A stretch of DNA of 64,000 nucleotides. Origin: Alphaproteobacteria bacterium. GTDB lineage: Bacteria > Pseudomonadota > Alphaproteobacteria > UBA828. The stretch's first letter is position 1. The number at the start of each line of letters is the position of its first letter. The notes beneath the pieces were generated by a model. It was not told the DNA's origin. It worked only from the letters and a program-made list of their open reading frames with translations, and made no database searches. Shown here piece by piece: positions 11,752-21,019 of the stretch. The stretch is from assembly GCA_963422645.2 (NCBI GenBank), contig CAXXVO010000006.1, forward strand, positions 1 to 64,000. The letters are read 5' to 3'. The position numbers and the translations under genes were made by a program.

Positions 11752-14015
11752 CTGCTCTCACCCTCATCTGGCGTGAGGTGCTCGATCCCGGTCGCGGCGA
11801 AGACGAGCGTGACACGGGCGCCGCCTTCTGTCCCGTTCTCCAAGTTCAACCGGCCACCGTGCTCCTCGATGATCCTCCGCACGATGGCGAGTCCGAGACC
11901 CGTACCGTCCGCGCGGTTCGTGACATAGGGTTCCGTCAACCTGTCGCGGAGTTCGACGGGCAGTCCCGGCCCGTTGTCCTCGACTTCCAGCCGCCAATGC
12001 CCGTCGACTTCGCGCACCGTGATGACGATGCGCCCTGCCGCGCTGGCGTCGGGTTCCCGAGTCTCGATCGCCTCAATGGCATTCTTGAGTACGTTGGTGA
12101 GTGCCCGGCCGATCTGACGAGCGTCGCAGTAGAGATGCACGTCGTCGCCGGGGCGCTCGATCTCGAAGGCGATCTCCGGACTCGCCAAACGATGCAGAGC
12201 GACCGCCCGCTCCACGATGTCGGTCAGTTCCACCCCTTCAATCACCGGCGCCGGCATCCGCGCAAATGACGAGAATGCGTCGATCATTTGACGTATGTCG
12301 CCGACCTGGCGGACGATGATGTCGGTGCAGTCCTCAAACACGTCGGGTTGTGAGCTTATCTCGCTGAGATACTTGCGCTTGAGCCGCTGAGCCGAGAGCT
12401 GGATCGGGGTTAGGGGGTTCTTGATCTCGTGGGCGATACGCTGGGCGACATCGGCCCACGCCGCTCGCCGCTGCGCCGATACCAGCGCGGTAATGTCGTC
12501 GAATGTGACGACAAAGCCGTCTATCCGGCCATCGGCCCGTTCCGTCACGATGCGCACGAGCAGGGTGCGGCGGCGCTCGCCCCGGACCAATTGGACCTGA
12601 TCTTCGACCAGGGGATGAGCCTGCGCCCGCGCCCCGACCAGGAGTTCAGCCATCTCGGGAATTGCATCTTCAAGTGCATGGCCCGAAAGGTCGCCTCTGC
12701 TCGCGTCGAGCAGCGCAAGCGCGGACGGATTGGGCAGCGTGATCCGTCCGTCCGCGTCGAGACCGATCACGCCGGCCGAGACGCCGGCGAGCACCGCCTC
12801 GGTAAATCGCCGCCGCTCATCGAGCTGGAGGTTGGCGTCCTGCAAGGCCTGCTGCTGGCTGTGGATCTGGCCGGTCATGCGGTTGAAGGCGCGGCTGAGC
12901 GAGCCGATTTCGTCGTCGTGCGGAGGTTCGGTGACGCGCGCCGTTAGCTCGCCGGCGCGGACCCGGTCCGCGGCAGCGATGAGGCCGCCAATCGGGTGGG
13001 CGAGGCGGTTGGCAAAATTGAGCCCCAGCCACACCGCTGAGAGCAGGACCAAGAGGGCAACCAGGATGAAGATCATCACGAAGGTGATCTGGATACCGTA
13101 GCGCTCATCCTCGAGACGCTGATAATCCCTCATCACGGCCTGAATCTGGCGTGTGTGATCGACCACTTGGGGTTGCAGGGACCGCGCCACATAGAGATAG
13201 GCGTTGGTGAAACCGCCGAGCTTGATCAGCGCGCGTGCACGGTCGCCGTCACCCGGCAGTATCACGAGACGGCCCTCCGCCGCGGCGTTCATGGCCCACT
13301 CGGGCATCGGCTCGACTTCCGCGGCGAAGCCCGGCTCGTTACGGGCCAGTATGTCGCCGTTGCGGCGGAGTACGACCGTATCGGTCAGCGAAAGACCCGC
13401 GGCGGTTTCGTTCAGCAGTCGGGGAAGGAGCTGCGGCTGCCGCGCGAGATGGACGGCCTGACCGTTGAGCTGCAAGGCCGCAGCCAGGGAGCTGATGCGA
13501 ATGCTGTCGGTTTGTTCATGCACGTAGGTCTCTGCCACAACCAGCGAGCGGTTTAGCGCGCTCGAAACCTTCTCGCTGAACCAGGACTGCATCCCGAAGT
13601 GCAGAAAGAGTGCGGAGAAGACGGCGACAACGATTGTCGGTGTCAAGGCGACAAGGCTGAATAGCGCGGCCATGCGGATGTGCAGGCGTGCGCCTGCTGC
13701 CCCACGGCGGCGCTCGATCCAGAGCTTCACCAGGTGCGAAGCCACAAGGGCACCGAGCGAGAGCAGCAACACCAGATCGACGTTGAGGAGGATCAGGATG
13801 ATCTGCGGATCGGGCGGGAAGGGTGCCGATCCGCTCATCGTGACGTAGGTCATCGCGCCCGAGGCCACCGCGGCACCGGCGAGAGCGATGGCGAGCAGGC
13901 GCGGGAGTTCGCGGCGGCGCGCCCACGCCGCAAGCCGCTGACCGAGCGAGGCGCCGGCGGCCCCGCGGGCGACACCCCCGGCGGTTTCGGTTTCGATCAG
14001 CGCCTCGTCAGCCAT
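11733..14015 (-). CDS. ntrY: Sensor histidine kinase NtrY (HAMP-PAS-HisKA)
   Basis: TM helices, AWADVAQRIAHEIKNPLTPIQLSA, DNGPG and GTGLGL boxes. Confidence 0.94.
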   Translation of the reverse strand: MADEALIETETAGGVARGAAGASLGQRLAAWARRRELPRLLAIALAGAAVASGAMTYVTMSGSAPFPPDPQIILILLNVDLVLLLSLGALVASHLVKLWIERRRGAAGARLHIRMAALFSLVALTPTIVVAVFSALFLHFGMQSWFSEKVSSALNRSLVVAETYVHEQTDSIRISSLAAALQLNGQAVHLARQPQLLPRLLNETAAGLSLTDTVVLRRNGDILARNEPGFAAEVEPMPEWAMNAAAEGRLVILPGDGDRARALIKLGGFTNAYLYVARSLQPQVVDHTRQIQAVMRDYQRLEDERYGIQITFVMIFILVALLVLLSAVWLGLNFANRLAHPIGGLIAAADRVRAGELTARVTEPPHDDEIGSLSRAFNRMTGQIHSQQQALQDANLQLDERRRFTEAVLAGVSAGVIGLDADGRITLPNPSALALLDASRGDLSGHALEDAIPEMAELLVGARAQAHPLVEDQVQLVRGERRRTLLVRIVTERADGRIDGFVVTFDDITALVSAQRRAAWADVAQRIAHEIKNPLTPIQLSAQRLKRKYLSEISSQPDVFEDCTDIIVRQVGDIRQMIDAFSSFARMPAPVIEGVELTDIVERAVALHRLASPEIAFEIERPGDDVHLYCDARQIGRALTNVLKNAIEAIETREPDASAAGRIVITVREVDGHWRLEVEDNGPGLPVELRDRLTEPYVTNRADGTGLGLAIVRRIIEEHGGRLNLENGTEGGARVTLVFAATGIEHLTPDEGESRWPAIF

Positions 14016-14048
14016 CGCCTCTACCGCCTGCCCCGTCGCGACCGGATC

Positions 14049-14408
14049 TCAGCCTGCCGCCTCGCCGCCGGACGGACCGTAGAACGCAACCCAGACGTAG
14101 AGGTCGTCGCTGAAGTCCTCGAAGGCGTGCCGCACACCGGCGGGCACGAACAGAACGTCACCCGGCTGAAAGGGATGGCTCTCGGGGCCATTGCGAAAGG
14201 TTCCCCGGCCGCTCATGACCACGTAGACCTCGTCCTGGTCGTGGGGTTGCTGCGTGTCGGTCCCGCGCGGCGCATAGAGGCCGACTCGAAGCGTCCCGCG
14301 CGCGATCAGCTCGGCATAAGGCCTCCCGCCCGCCGGAGCCTCGGCGAGAGCCGCCACCGCCTGGGCCAACGTGATCTGGCCCGGAGCATCCATCGGGTTC
14401 TTGCTCAT
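14049..14408 (-). CDS. Cupin-domain protein
   Basis: QQPHDQDEVYVV...PGDVLFVPAGVRHAF. Confidence 0.85.
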   Translation of the reverse strand: MSKNPMDAPGQITLAQAVAALAEAPAGGRPYAELIARGTLRVGLYAPRGTDTQQPHDQDEVYVVMSGRGTFRNGPESHPFQPGDVLFVPAGVRHAFEDFSDDLYVWVAFYGPSGGEAAG

Positions 14409-14453
14409 GCAGTCTTGAACCTCGCTCTCCGCCCCCCGGGTCAGAGCAGTCCG

Positions 14454-14861
14454 TCAGCTGCCCTCGTCCCACACCCAGGCGATCTGCTCGGTGTCCTCAT
14501 ACGCCTGCCAATGGGCGATGGCACCGTCCTTGACGCGGAAGTACCAGGCGGTCTCCTGATGCAGGAGGCGCCCGGTATTCTTGGCGGCCGAGGTCTCGTC
14601 GATGAGCACCATCACGTGCTCGCCTTCGCCGAATATCAGCTGCACCGTGTGATCTCGAATGTCGAGCAGCGCCCCGATCGCGAGAAAGCACTGCTTGATC
14701 GGCTCCCGTCCCTGCCAGCGGCCCGCCCAAGCCACCTTGAACGAGCCTGGCAGGACCACCACCGCATCCTCGGCCAACAGGCCCATCATGGTCTGGCCGT
14801 CGCCGCCCTTGATTGCGGCCAGGAACTGCCGAACGACACTCTTCGCTCCGTCGTCTGACAT
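14454..14861 (-). CDS. NTF2/SnoaL-like protein
   Basis: VVRQFLAAIKGGD...LLAEDAV...VKDGAIAHWQAYEDT pattern. Confidence 0.82.
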   Translation of the reverse strand: MSDDGAKSVVRQFLAAIKGGDGQTMMGLLAEDAVVVLPGSFKVAWAGRWQGREPIKQCFLAIGALLDIRDHTVQLIFGEGEHVMVLIDETSAAKNTGRLLHQETAWYFRVKDGAIAHWQAYEDTEQIAWVWDEGS

Positions 14862-15047
14862 GGTCGTCTATCTCCCTGCCTTGCTTGCCGGTTCGTCCGT
14901 CTCCCCGGCCGTCTAAGGCGCCCGCCCGTGCGGCAAGCATCCCTGCCACCTCACCGGCCATAATGGTGACGTCCACCCATATTGCACCCCTGCCCTGGTA
15001 CTGTATACAGAGCCGTCCCGCACCCCCGCGCCGCTGAGATGCCCCGC

Positions 15048-15248
15048 ATGGCTGGAATTTCCGACGATCTCATCACCGCCCAGGCCTTGGCGGCGGGGCG
15101 CAAGCCGCCGAGCGCGGAACGCGCGGCGGCCCTCGCCGCCGCCCTAGAGCTGATGGTGCAAGCAGCCGACGACGCGGCTTCCGGGCTCGCCTTCGAAAGC
15201 GAACCCGCGCACATCGCAACCGCCATGGACGAAACCGCGGCGTGCTGA
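15048..15248 (+). CDS. Small helical protein directly upstream of the amidase (possible GatC/AtzG-like partner)
   Basis: 66 aa; its stop lies 1 nt before the amidase ATG; C-terminal FESEPA motif. Confidence 0.55.
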   Translation: MAGISDDLITAQALAAGRKPPSAERAAALAAALELMVQAADDAASGLAFESEPAHIATAMDETAAC

Positions 15249-15249
15249 G

Positions 15250-16662
15250 ATGAGCGACGACATCCACCTCTTGAGCCTGGTCGAGCTCGCCGACGCCATC
15301 GCAACACGCGAGCTCTCGGCGGTCGAGGTCATGACGGCGACCGTCGCCCGTGCCGAGCGGCTTCAGCCGGTGCTCAACTGCTTCATCTCCCTGCAGGGGG
15401 AGGCGGCGCTGGAGAGCGCGGCGGCAGCCGATGCCGCGCTTGCGCGGGGCGAGGCAGCGGGCCCGTTGCAGGGCGTGCCGCTCGCCCACAAGGACATGTT
15501 CTACCGCGCGGGCCACGTCACCACCTGCGGCTCGCGCATCCGCAGGGACTTCGTGCCCGACCACGGCAGCACCGCCCTCGCCCGCCTTCACGGCGTCGGC
15601 GCGATCTACCTCGGCGGGCTCAACATGGCGGAGTTCGCCACCGGCCCGACCGGCCACAACGAGCACTGGGGCGACTGCCGCAACCCCTGGAACCGGGATC
15701 ACATCTCCGGCGGCTCGTCGAGTGGCTCCGGCGCCGCGGTCGCGGGCCGCGTGGTCTTCGGCGCGCTCGGCTCCGATACCGGCGGCTCGGTGCGTTTGCC
15801 CTCGGCCTGCAACGGCGTCGTCGGACTGAAGCCGACCAACGGCCTGATCAGTCGCCACGGCATCATGCCCCTCTCCCACACGCTGGACACGGTGGGGCCG
15901 CTCACGCGCACCGTGCGCGACGCGGCGCGGATCGTGAAGGTGATCGCCGGCCACGACCCACGCGACCCGACCTCCAGCAGCCGGCCCGTGCCCGATTACG
16001 AAGCCGCGCTGGCCGACGGCGCCCGAGGCCTCAGGGTCGGCGTGCCGACGAGCTACTTCTACGACCTCGCCACCGACGAGGTGCGCACGCTGATGGAGCG
16101 GAGCCTCGACGTGCTGCGCGATTGCGGCGTCACCGTCGTCGAGGTCCCGGTGCCCGACCTCGAGCGCATCAACAACCTCTCCAACGTCGTGCTCTCCAGC
16201 GAGGCGGCGGCGATCCACGAGCCCTGGCTTGCGGGCCGGCCCGAGGACTACCAGGAGCAGGTGCGCAACCGCTACGAGCCCGGCCTGCACGTGCCGGCGA
16301 TCAAGTACATCCAGGCTCTCGCCGCCCGCGCCGGGCTGCTGCGGGAGTTCGTCGATACCGCTCTCGCCGGCGTCGACGCGCTGCACACGCCGGCCATCCC
16401 CTTCCCCATCCCGACGCGGGAGGAGACCAATGTCGGGGGCGGCGACCGCATGGCCGCGATGGTGGCAGGTCTGAGCGCGTGCACCCGCGCCGCCAACTAC
16501 CTCGGCGGCCCCGGCCTGATCGTGCCCTGCGGCTTCACCGGGAGCGGCCTGCCAGCCGCCTTCCAGCTCATGGGGCGCCCCTTCTCCGAGGCCACTCTCT
16601 TCCGCCTCGGCCACGCCTATCAGCAGGCGACCGACTGGCACACCCGGGCCCCTGACCTCTAA
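15250..16662 (+). CDS. Amidase-signature family enzyme
   Basis: GVPLAHKD, SGGSSSGS and GSDTGGSVRLPS (Lys-cisSer-Ser triad). Confidence 0.95.
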   Translation: MSDDIHLLSLVELADAIATRELSAVEVMTATVARAERLQPVLNCFISLQGEAALESAAAADAALARGEAAGPLQGVPLAHKDMFYRAGHVTTCGSRIRRDFVPDHGSTALARLHGVGAIYLGGLNMAEFATGPTGHNEHWGDCRNPWNRDHISGGSSSGSGAAVAGRVVFGALGSDTGGSVRLPSACNGVVGLKPTNGLISRHGIMPLSHTLDTVGPLTRTVRDAARIVKVIAGHDPRDPTSSSRPVPDYEAALADGARGLRVGVPTSYFYDLATDEVRTLMERSLDVLRDCGVTVVEVPVPDLERINNLSNVVLSSEAAAIHEPWLAGRPEDYQEQVRNRYEPGLHVPAIKYIQALAARAGLLREFVDTALAGVDALHTPAIPFPIPTREETNVGGGDRMAAMVAGLSACTRAANYLGGPGLIVPCGFTGSGLPAAFQLMGRPFSEATLFRLGHAYQQATDWHTRAPDL

Positions 16663-16738
16663 TTCCCGGCCAATGCCGTGCGGGCGGGGCGCGGTCAGCA
16701 CAACTCAGGACTATCTACGGAGGGCGAAAGCGATAGCG

Positions 16739-17125
16739 ATGAAGGCACACGGTACATTCTTCTGGAACGAGCTGATGACCTGGAGCGTCGACAAGGCCAA
16801 GGAATTCTACGGGGAGACCCTGGGCTGGCACTATGAGTCGCACCCGATGGCCGAGGGCGGCACCTACACGCTCTGCAAGGCCGGCGAGGCCATGTCTGCC
16901 GGCATCTTCGAGATGAAGCCGGGCACGGGCTTCGACGGCGTGCCGGACCACTGGTTCTCCTACATCAGGGTGGACGATATCGACGCCCGGCTCGCATGCG
17001 TCGAGGCGGCGGGCGGCGAGATCATGCGCCCGGCCTTCGACGTGCCCGAGGTCGGCCGCTTCGCCGTGGTCAAGGACAGCGCCGGCGCCTTCATCGGCTG
17101 GGTCACCCCGATCGAGGGCGACTGA
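16739..17125 (+). CDS. VOC/glyoxalase family protein
   Basis: HGTFFWNELMT...AKEFYG...WFSYIRVDDID...GRFAVVKD. Confidence 0.9.
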   Translation: MKAHGTFFWNELMTWSVDKAKEFYGETLGWHYESHPMAEGGTYTLCKAGEAMSAGIFEMKPGTGFDGVPDHWFSYIRVDDIDARLACVEAAGGEIMRPAFDVPEVGRFAVVKDSAGAFIGWVTPIEGD

Positions 17126-17143
17126 CGCCTTAGGAGGCGCGCG

Positions 17144-18313
17144 ATCTACGACGCGATCGTCGTCGGCGCCCGCTGCGCAGGCGCACCCGTCGCCATGCTT
17201 CTGGCCCGCAAGGGCCACCGCGTGCTGCTGCTCGACCGCGATCGCTTCCCCAGCGAGATGGGGCAATCGACGCACCTGATCCATCCGCTGGGCGTCGCCC
17301 ACCTCCGTTCCTGGGGCGTGCTGCCCGAGATCGCAGCACGTGCCGCGCCCTTCACCGACTGGCGGGTCGACCTGCACGGCATCGTGCTTGAGGGCGCACC
17401 GCCTGCGGTGGATGGCCATGACGAGTCCTGCGCCCCCCGACGGCAGCTGCTCGACGGCATCCTGGCCGAGGCGGCCGTCGCCGCCGGCGCTGCGTTCCGC
17501 GATGGCACGCGCGCGGTCGATCTGATCGAGGATGGCGGCAGGGTCGCCGGCGTGGTGACCCTGGATCGGGACGGCAGGCGGCACACCGAGCGTGCGCGCC
17601 TGGTCATCGGCGCGGACGGGCCCGGCTCGGTCGTCGCCCGCTGCGCCGGGGCCGAGGAGACCCTCTGCGAGCCGGTCGTGCAGAGCAACATCTGGAGCTA
17701 TTGGGAAGGCATCCCGCTCGACCATGTCAGGCTCTACATCCGCGAGCGCAAGGGCGCCTTCGCCTTCCCCGCGAGCGACGGCACCGTGCTGGTCGCCGCC
17801 AACCTGATGCACGACGAGTTCGTGGCCGCCCGGCGGGCGCGGGAGGCCGCGTTCCACGCGAGGCTCGCCGAGGTCGCGCCCGACCTGAGCGAAATGCTGC
17901 CCGGCGCGCGCCGTGTCGAGGGCTTCCACGCCGGCTGCACGCGCGCCTTCGTGCGCGAGGCCGCCGGCCCCGGCTGGGCCCTGGTCGGCGATGCGGGCAT
18001 GAAGAAGGACCCGGTGACCGCGCAGGGCATCTCGACCGCGTTCCGCTGCGCCGAGATGCTGGCCGAGGCCGCCGACGACGGCCTGAGCGGCCGACGCCCA
18101 CTCGGGGACGCGCTCGCGGCCTACGGCGAGGCACGCGACGCGTGGCTCTTGCCCTATTACCGCTTCACCGCCCAGCTCGCCCGCTTCGCCAGGCCGACCG
18201 ACACGCTGGCGGCCTACTACCGCGCGATCCAGCCCGACCCCGCCGCCACCGCCCGCCTCTTCGGTTGCGTTGCCCTCACTCACTCGCCCGAAGACGTGCT
18301 CCCTCAGGCTTAG
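17144..18313 (+). CDS. FAD-dependent oxidoreductase (aromatic hydroxylase/geranylgeranyl reductase-like); apparent ATC start codon
   Basis: YDAIVVGARCAG Rossmann motif lies upstream of the first ATG (17195); also IGADG and LVGDAG...DPVTAQGI. AGGAGG sits 6 nt before ATC 17144. Confidence 0.8.
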   Translation: MYDAIVVGARCAGAPVAMLLARKGHRVLLLDRDRFPSEMGQSTHLIHPLGVAHLRSWGVLPEIAARAAPFTDWRVDLHGIVLEGAPPAVDGHDESCAPRRQLLDGILAEAAVAAGAAFRDGTRAVDLIEDGGRVAGVVTLDRDGRRHTERARLVIGADGPGSVVARCAGAEETLCEPVVQSNIWSYWEGIPLDHVRLYIRERKGAFAFPASDGTVLVAANLMHDEFVAARRAREAAFHARLAEVAPDLSEMLPGARRVEGFHAGCTRAFVREAAGPGWALVGDAGMKKDPVTAQGISTAFRCAEMLAEAADDGLSGRRPLGDALAAYGEARDAWLLPYYRFTAQLARFARPTDTLAAYYRAIQPDPAATARLFGCVALTHSPEDVLPQA

Positions 18314-18374
18314 TCCCGGGGCCACGGCCGCCCGAGCGACGAGCGCCACCCCCGGTTGCTGAAGAGTCACAGCC

Positions 18375-18917
18375 TCACGGCCACCCCGATCCTTTCCAGC
18401 AGGAAGGGTTGGTCGGCCGGAGTGCGGCGCCGGGCTCCGCAGCCGAGGGGGCATCCGGCCAGTGCTCCCACGGCTTCGAGCCCAGGCGTTCGGGGTGAAA
18501 CGCCTCCTTGATGGCCGGGCCGAGGAGGGCCCTCATTTCCTGCGTGGAAGGGGGCTTGCGCGGGGCCTGAGGGGCAGCAGTCTCGCCCGCCGCCTGCTGC
18601 TCGCGCGCCAAGCGGTGCCTGTTGGCGCCTTCGATGCGGTGGAGCGCAAGGGCGAGATGCGCGACCTCGTCTATCGAAGGCGGCTCCTCACGCTCGGTGA
18701 GCTCGGCCATCTTGAGCAGCAAGAGCGAGCGCACGCTCTCGACGGCGAGGCGCGCTGTATGATCCCCGGCGCGGGGTCCCCGCCGCTCCGCCCACTCCGC
18801 CGCTTGGGCGCCGACTTCCCGCTGCAGGTCGACCAGGCCGTGAATGCGCGCGGCGAAGCGGTCGTCGGCGCTACCCGCACTCTCGCCCGCCGCGCCCGGT
18901 GTGCCGTCGGTCTCCAT
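18375..18917 (-). CDS. Second copy of the Mu gp27-like orphan gene, 3' end replaced or truncated
   Basis: Near-identical to 2117..2600 up to PDAPS-AEP, then diverges. Confidence 0.55.
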   Translation of the reverse strand: METDGTPGAAGESAGSADDRFAARIHGLVDLQREVGAQAAEWAERRGPRAGDHTARLAVESVRSLLLLKMAELTEREEPPSIDEVAHLALALHRIEGANRHRLAREQQAAGETAAPQAPRKPPSTQEMRALLGPAIKEAFHPERLGSKPWEHWPDAPSAAEPGAALRPTNPSCWKGSGWP

Positions 18918-18960
18918 GCCGCGATCCTGACGCGCCCACCCGGCGCCGTACACCGGACCA
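18435..18960 (-). repeat. Long repeat, copy 2
   Basis: Inverted homologue of 2074-2600. Confidence 0.9.
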
Positions 18961-19079
18961 CGCACCTGACGGTTCTAACTATTTGACATAGGGTCGCTTT
19001 CTCTCCTCCACATTGTTGCATCCGGACGGATCCGTCAACTCCAGGTTCCCAGGCTGCAACCGAAACCGAGAGAGGGGAG

Positions 19080-19902
19080 ATGGCCAGAACCGACCTTACC
19101 GACGCCCGCGTCCGCGCGCTCAAGCCCCGCAAGACCGCATACGACATTCGCGACGGCAAGCTAAGGGGGTTCGGCCTCCGCGTGCTGCCCTCGGGCGGGA
19201 AGCGCTTCTTCGTCCACTGCCAGCATCGCGGCGAGCGCGTCTGGAAGATCATAGGCGACGCCGCCTCCATAGATGTCCGCGAGGCGCGATCGCGCGCCGT
19301 GACCATGCTCGCCGCGATCTACCTGGGCGAGAAGCCACCACGCGATCCCGCCGAGACCTTCTTCGAGGCCGTCGCCGAGGCCACGTTCGAGCGCCGCAGC
19401 CGGGTCTGGAAGCCGGGAACGCTGGCGGTGAACCGGGCCTATCTGCGAAGCCAGATCCTCCCGCACTTCACGGGACGGCAGGTCGCCGACATCGACAGCC
19501 GGGACGTCACCAACTGGTTCGCCTCGCTGCGCGCCACCCCGGTCGCCGCCGACCGGTCGATGCCGGTGCTCTCCGTCATCATGCGCGAGGCCGAGGCGAT
19601 GGGACTCAGGCCCGAGGGCTCGAACCCGTGCAAGGCCACGCCACCCCGACCTCGGTCTTTGGTACCGGGTCCGGAAGAAAGCCGGCATCGAGGATGTGCG
19701 CCTCCACGACCTCCGCCACACCGTGGCCAGCCACGCGGTGATGAACGGCGTGCCGGTGCCGGTGGTCTCGCGGCTGCTCGGACACTCCAATGTCCGCATG
19801 ACCCTGCGCTACGCTCATCTTGGGGACCGAGAAATCGAGGCAGCCGCCGAGAGGGTCGGCCAAGCCATCGCCAGGAGAATGAACAGCCAGGACGGAACCT
19901 GA
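19080..19902 (+). pseudogene. Tyrosine integrase with arm-binding domain, internally deleted and frameshifted
   Basis: N-terminal arm-binding/core region ending EGSNPC is joined at about 19640, in another frame, to the C-terminal RLHDLRHT...LLGHSNVRMTLRYAH. The middle of the catalytic domain is missing. Confidence 0.88.
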
Positions 19903-20101
19903 CCGAGCCGTCATCCGCCGGAAGCGCCCGGGAGCACGCTGCGCGACGAGATGCCAATTCGCATCATCATTGAGTACAACTCAACCAGCCTCAAGTAGTG
20001 CGCCTCGACGACCACAACTAATGTTGAACAGTTAGCGTCGCTCAGATCCCATATCGGAAACTGGGTTGGCGACGGGGATTTTTCGAAGAGCGGCGTGACG
20101 C

Positions 20102-20193
20102 TGTTGCTCGGCAAGTGGTTTGCGCGCCTATCGGCGCGATAAGCTATTGAAGCGGCTCGATACCGGGGGGTCCAAGCTGCACGCCGAACAACA
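20102..20193 (+). mobile_element. 92-bp IS21-type MITE, copy A
   Basis: TGTTGCTCGGC...GCCGAACAACA; aligns without gaps to the other copies. Confidence 0.75.
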
Positions 20194-20539
20194 CTCTACG
20201 GCGTGCCGAGAGACGGCTCCCCTACGTTGTCGTTCCTGGCCGATGCGGACGAAAAGCTGAAGCGTCTGGTTCCGGGCAAAGCGAACCGAGCCCGGATTGC
20301 CGGCTCGTCGCGACCCGCCTTCGTGTTTCATTCCGACAATGAACTGACATTCATGCTGGACTCTCGGCAGCCTAGAACGCTTGAGGAGTTCCTTGCGTGG
20401 CTGGAGACAATAGTACCGGGTGGGACCGGTAGGGCGATTGATGAGCTGTCAGCCGGATTTCCCGATCCCCCGGTGCCATTGTTCGTCAAGGCAGCGAACG
20501 GTTGTGTCGGGGTCTCCATGAGCACCAAGACCACCGTTC
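20194..20539 (+). pseudogene. Internal fragment of an unknown gene between two MITEs
   Basis: Open in one frame across the whole interval; lower GC; no own RBS or stop. Confidence 0.45.
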
Positions 20540-20631
20540 TGTTGATCGGCGCGCCAATTCGACGCCGATCGGCGCGCTAATGCGTTGATATTGCATGACT
20601 GTGAGGGGTCAACATTCGGCGCCGGTCAACA
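20540..20631 (+). mobile_element. 92-bp IS21-type MITE, copy B
   Basis: TGTTGATCGGCGC...GCGCCGGTCAACA terminal inverted repeats. Confidence 0.8.
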
Positions 20632-20722
20632 ACTCAAGAGCGCGTAGATTGGACGCCGATCGGCGTGGTGACGCGTTGATTCTCTTCGATTCCGGGGGGG
20701 CAAACGGCGACGCCGAACAACA
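20632..20722 (+). mobile_element. MITE copy C (left end lost), tandem to copy B
   Basis: GCGCGTAGATTGGACGCCGATCGGCG...GCCGAACAACA, very similar to 26678-26769. Confidence 0.75.
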
Positions 20723-21019
20723 ACGAAAACGGCCGCCACCATCCGGTCGGCCGAGGTCTTGTCGAGGGTGACCGGAGAGCGCCATCACCGTATCGAGCGC
20801 CGTCATCCCGAACCACGCGGCGAGCTCGCTCATCCCGATCGCCGTATCCCATTCGCCTCCGTGCAGAAAATTAATTGCTGAATCTCCCCAATGTTGGGGA
20901 CGCGCGGCGGCGCGTGACTCGCCTAATCTTCCATCCATTGCGCATCGGCGTCGCCGGGAGCAGACCCGGCGACGACCGGTGAGCGGTCTATGAGGGAGGG
21001 CGCGCGCCGAAGCGCTTAA

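Noticed and set aside
20102-20722. Clustered 92-bp repeats downstream of an integrase read as integron attC sites or a CRISPR array
   Set aside because: The repeats are dispersed, in both orientations and irregularly spaced. GTT/AAC motifs are arranged opposite to attC, the integrase is an arm-binding phage type, and there are no cas genes.
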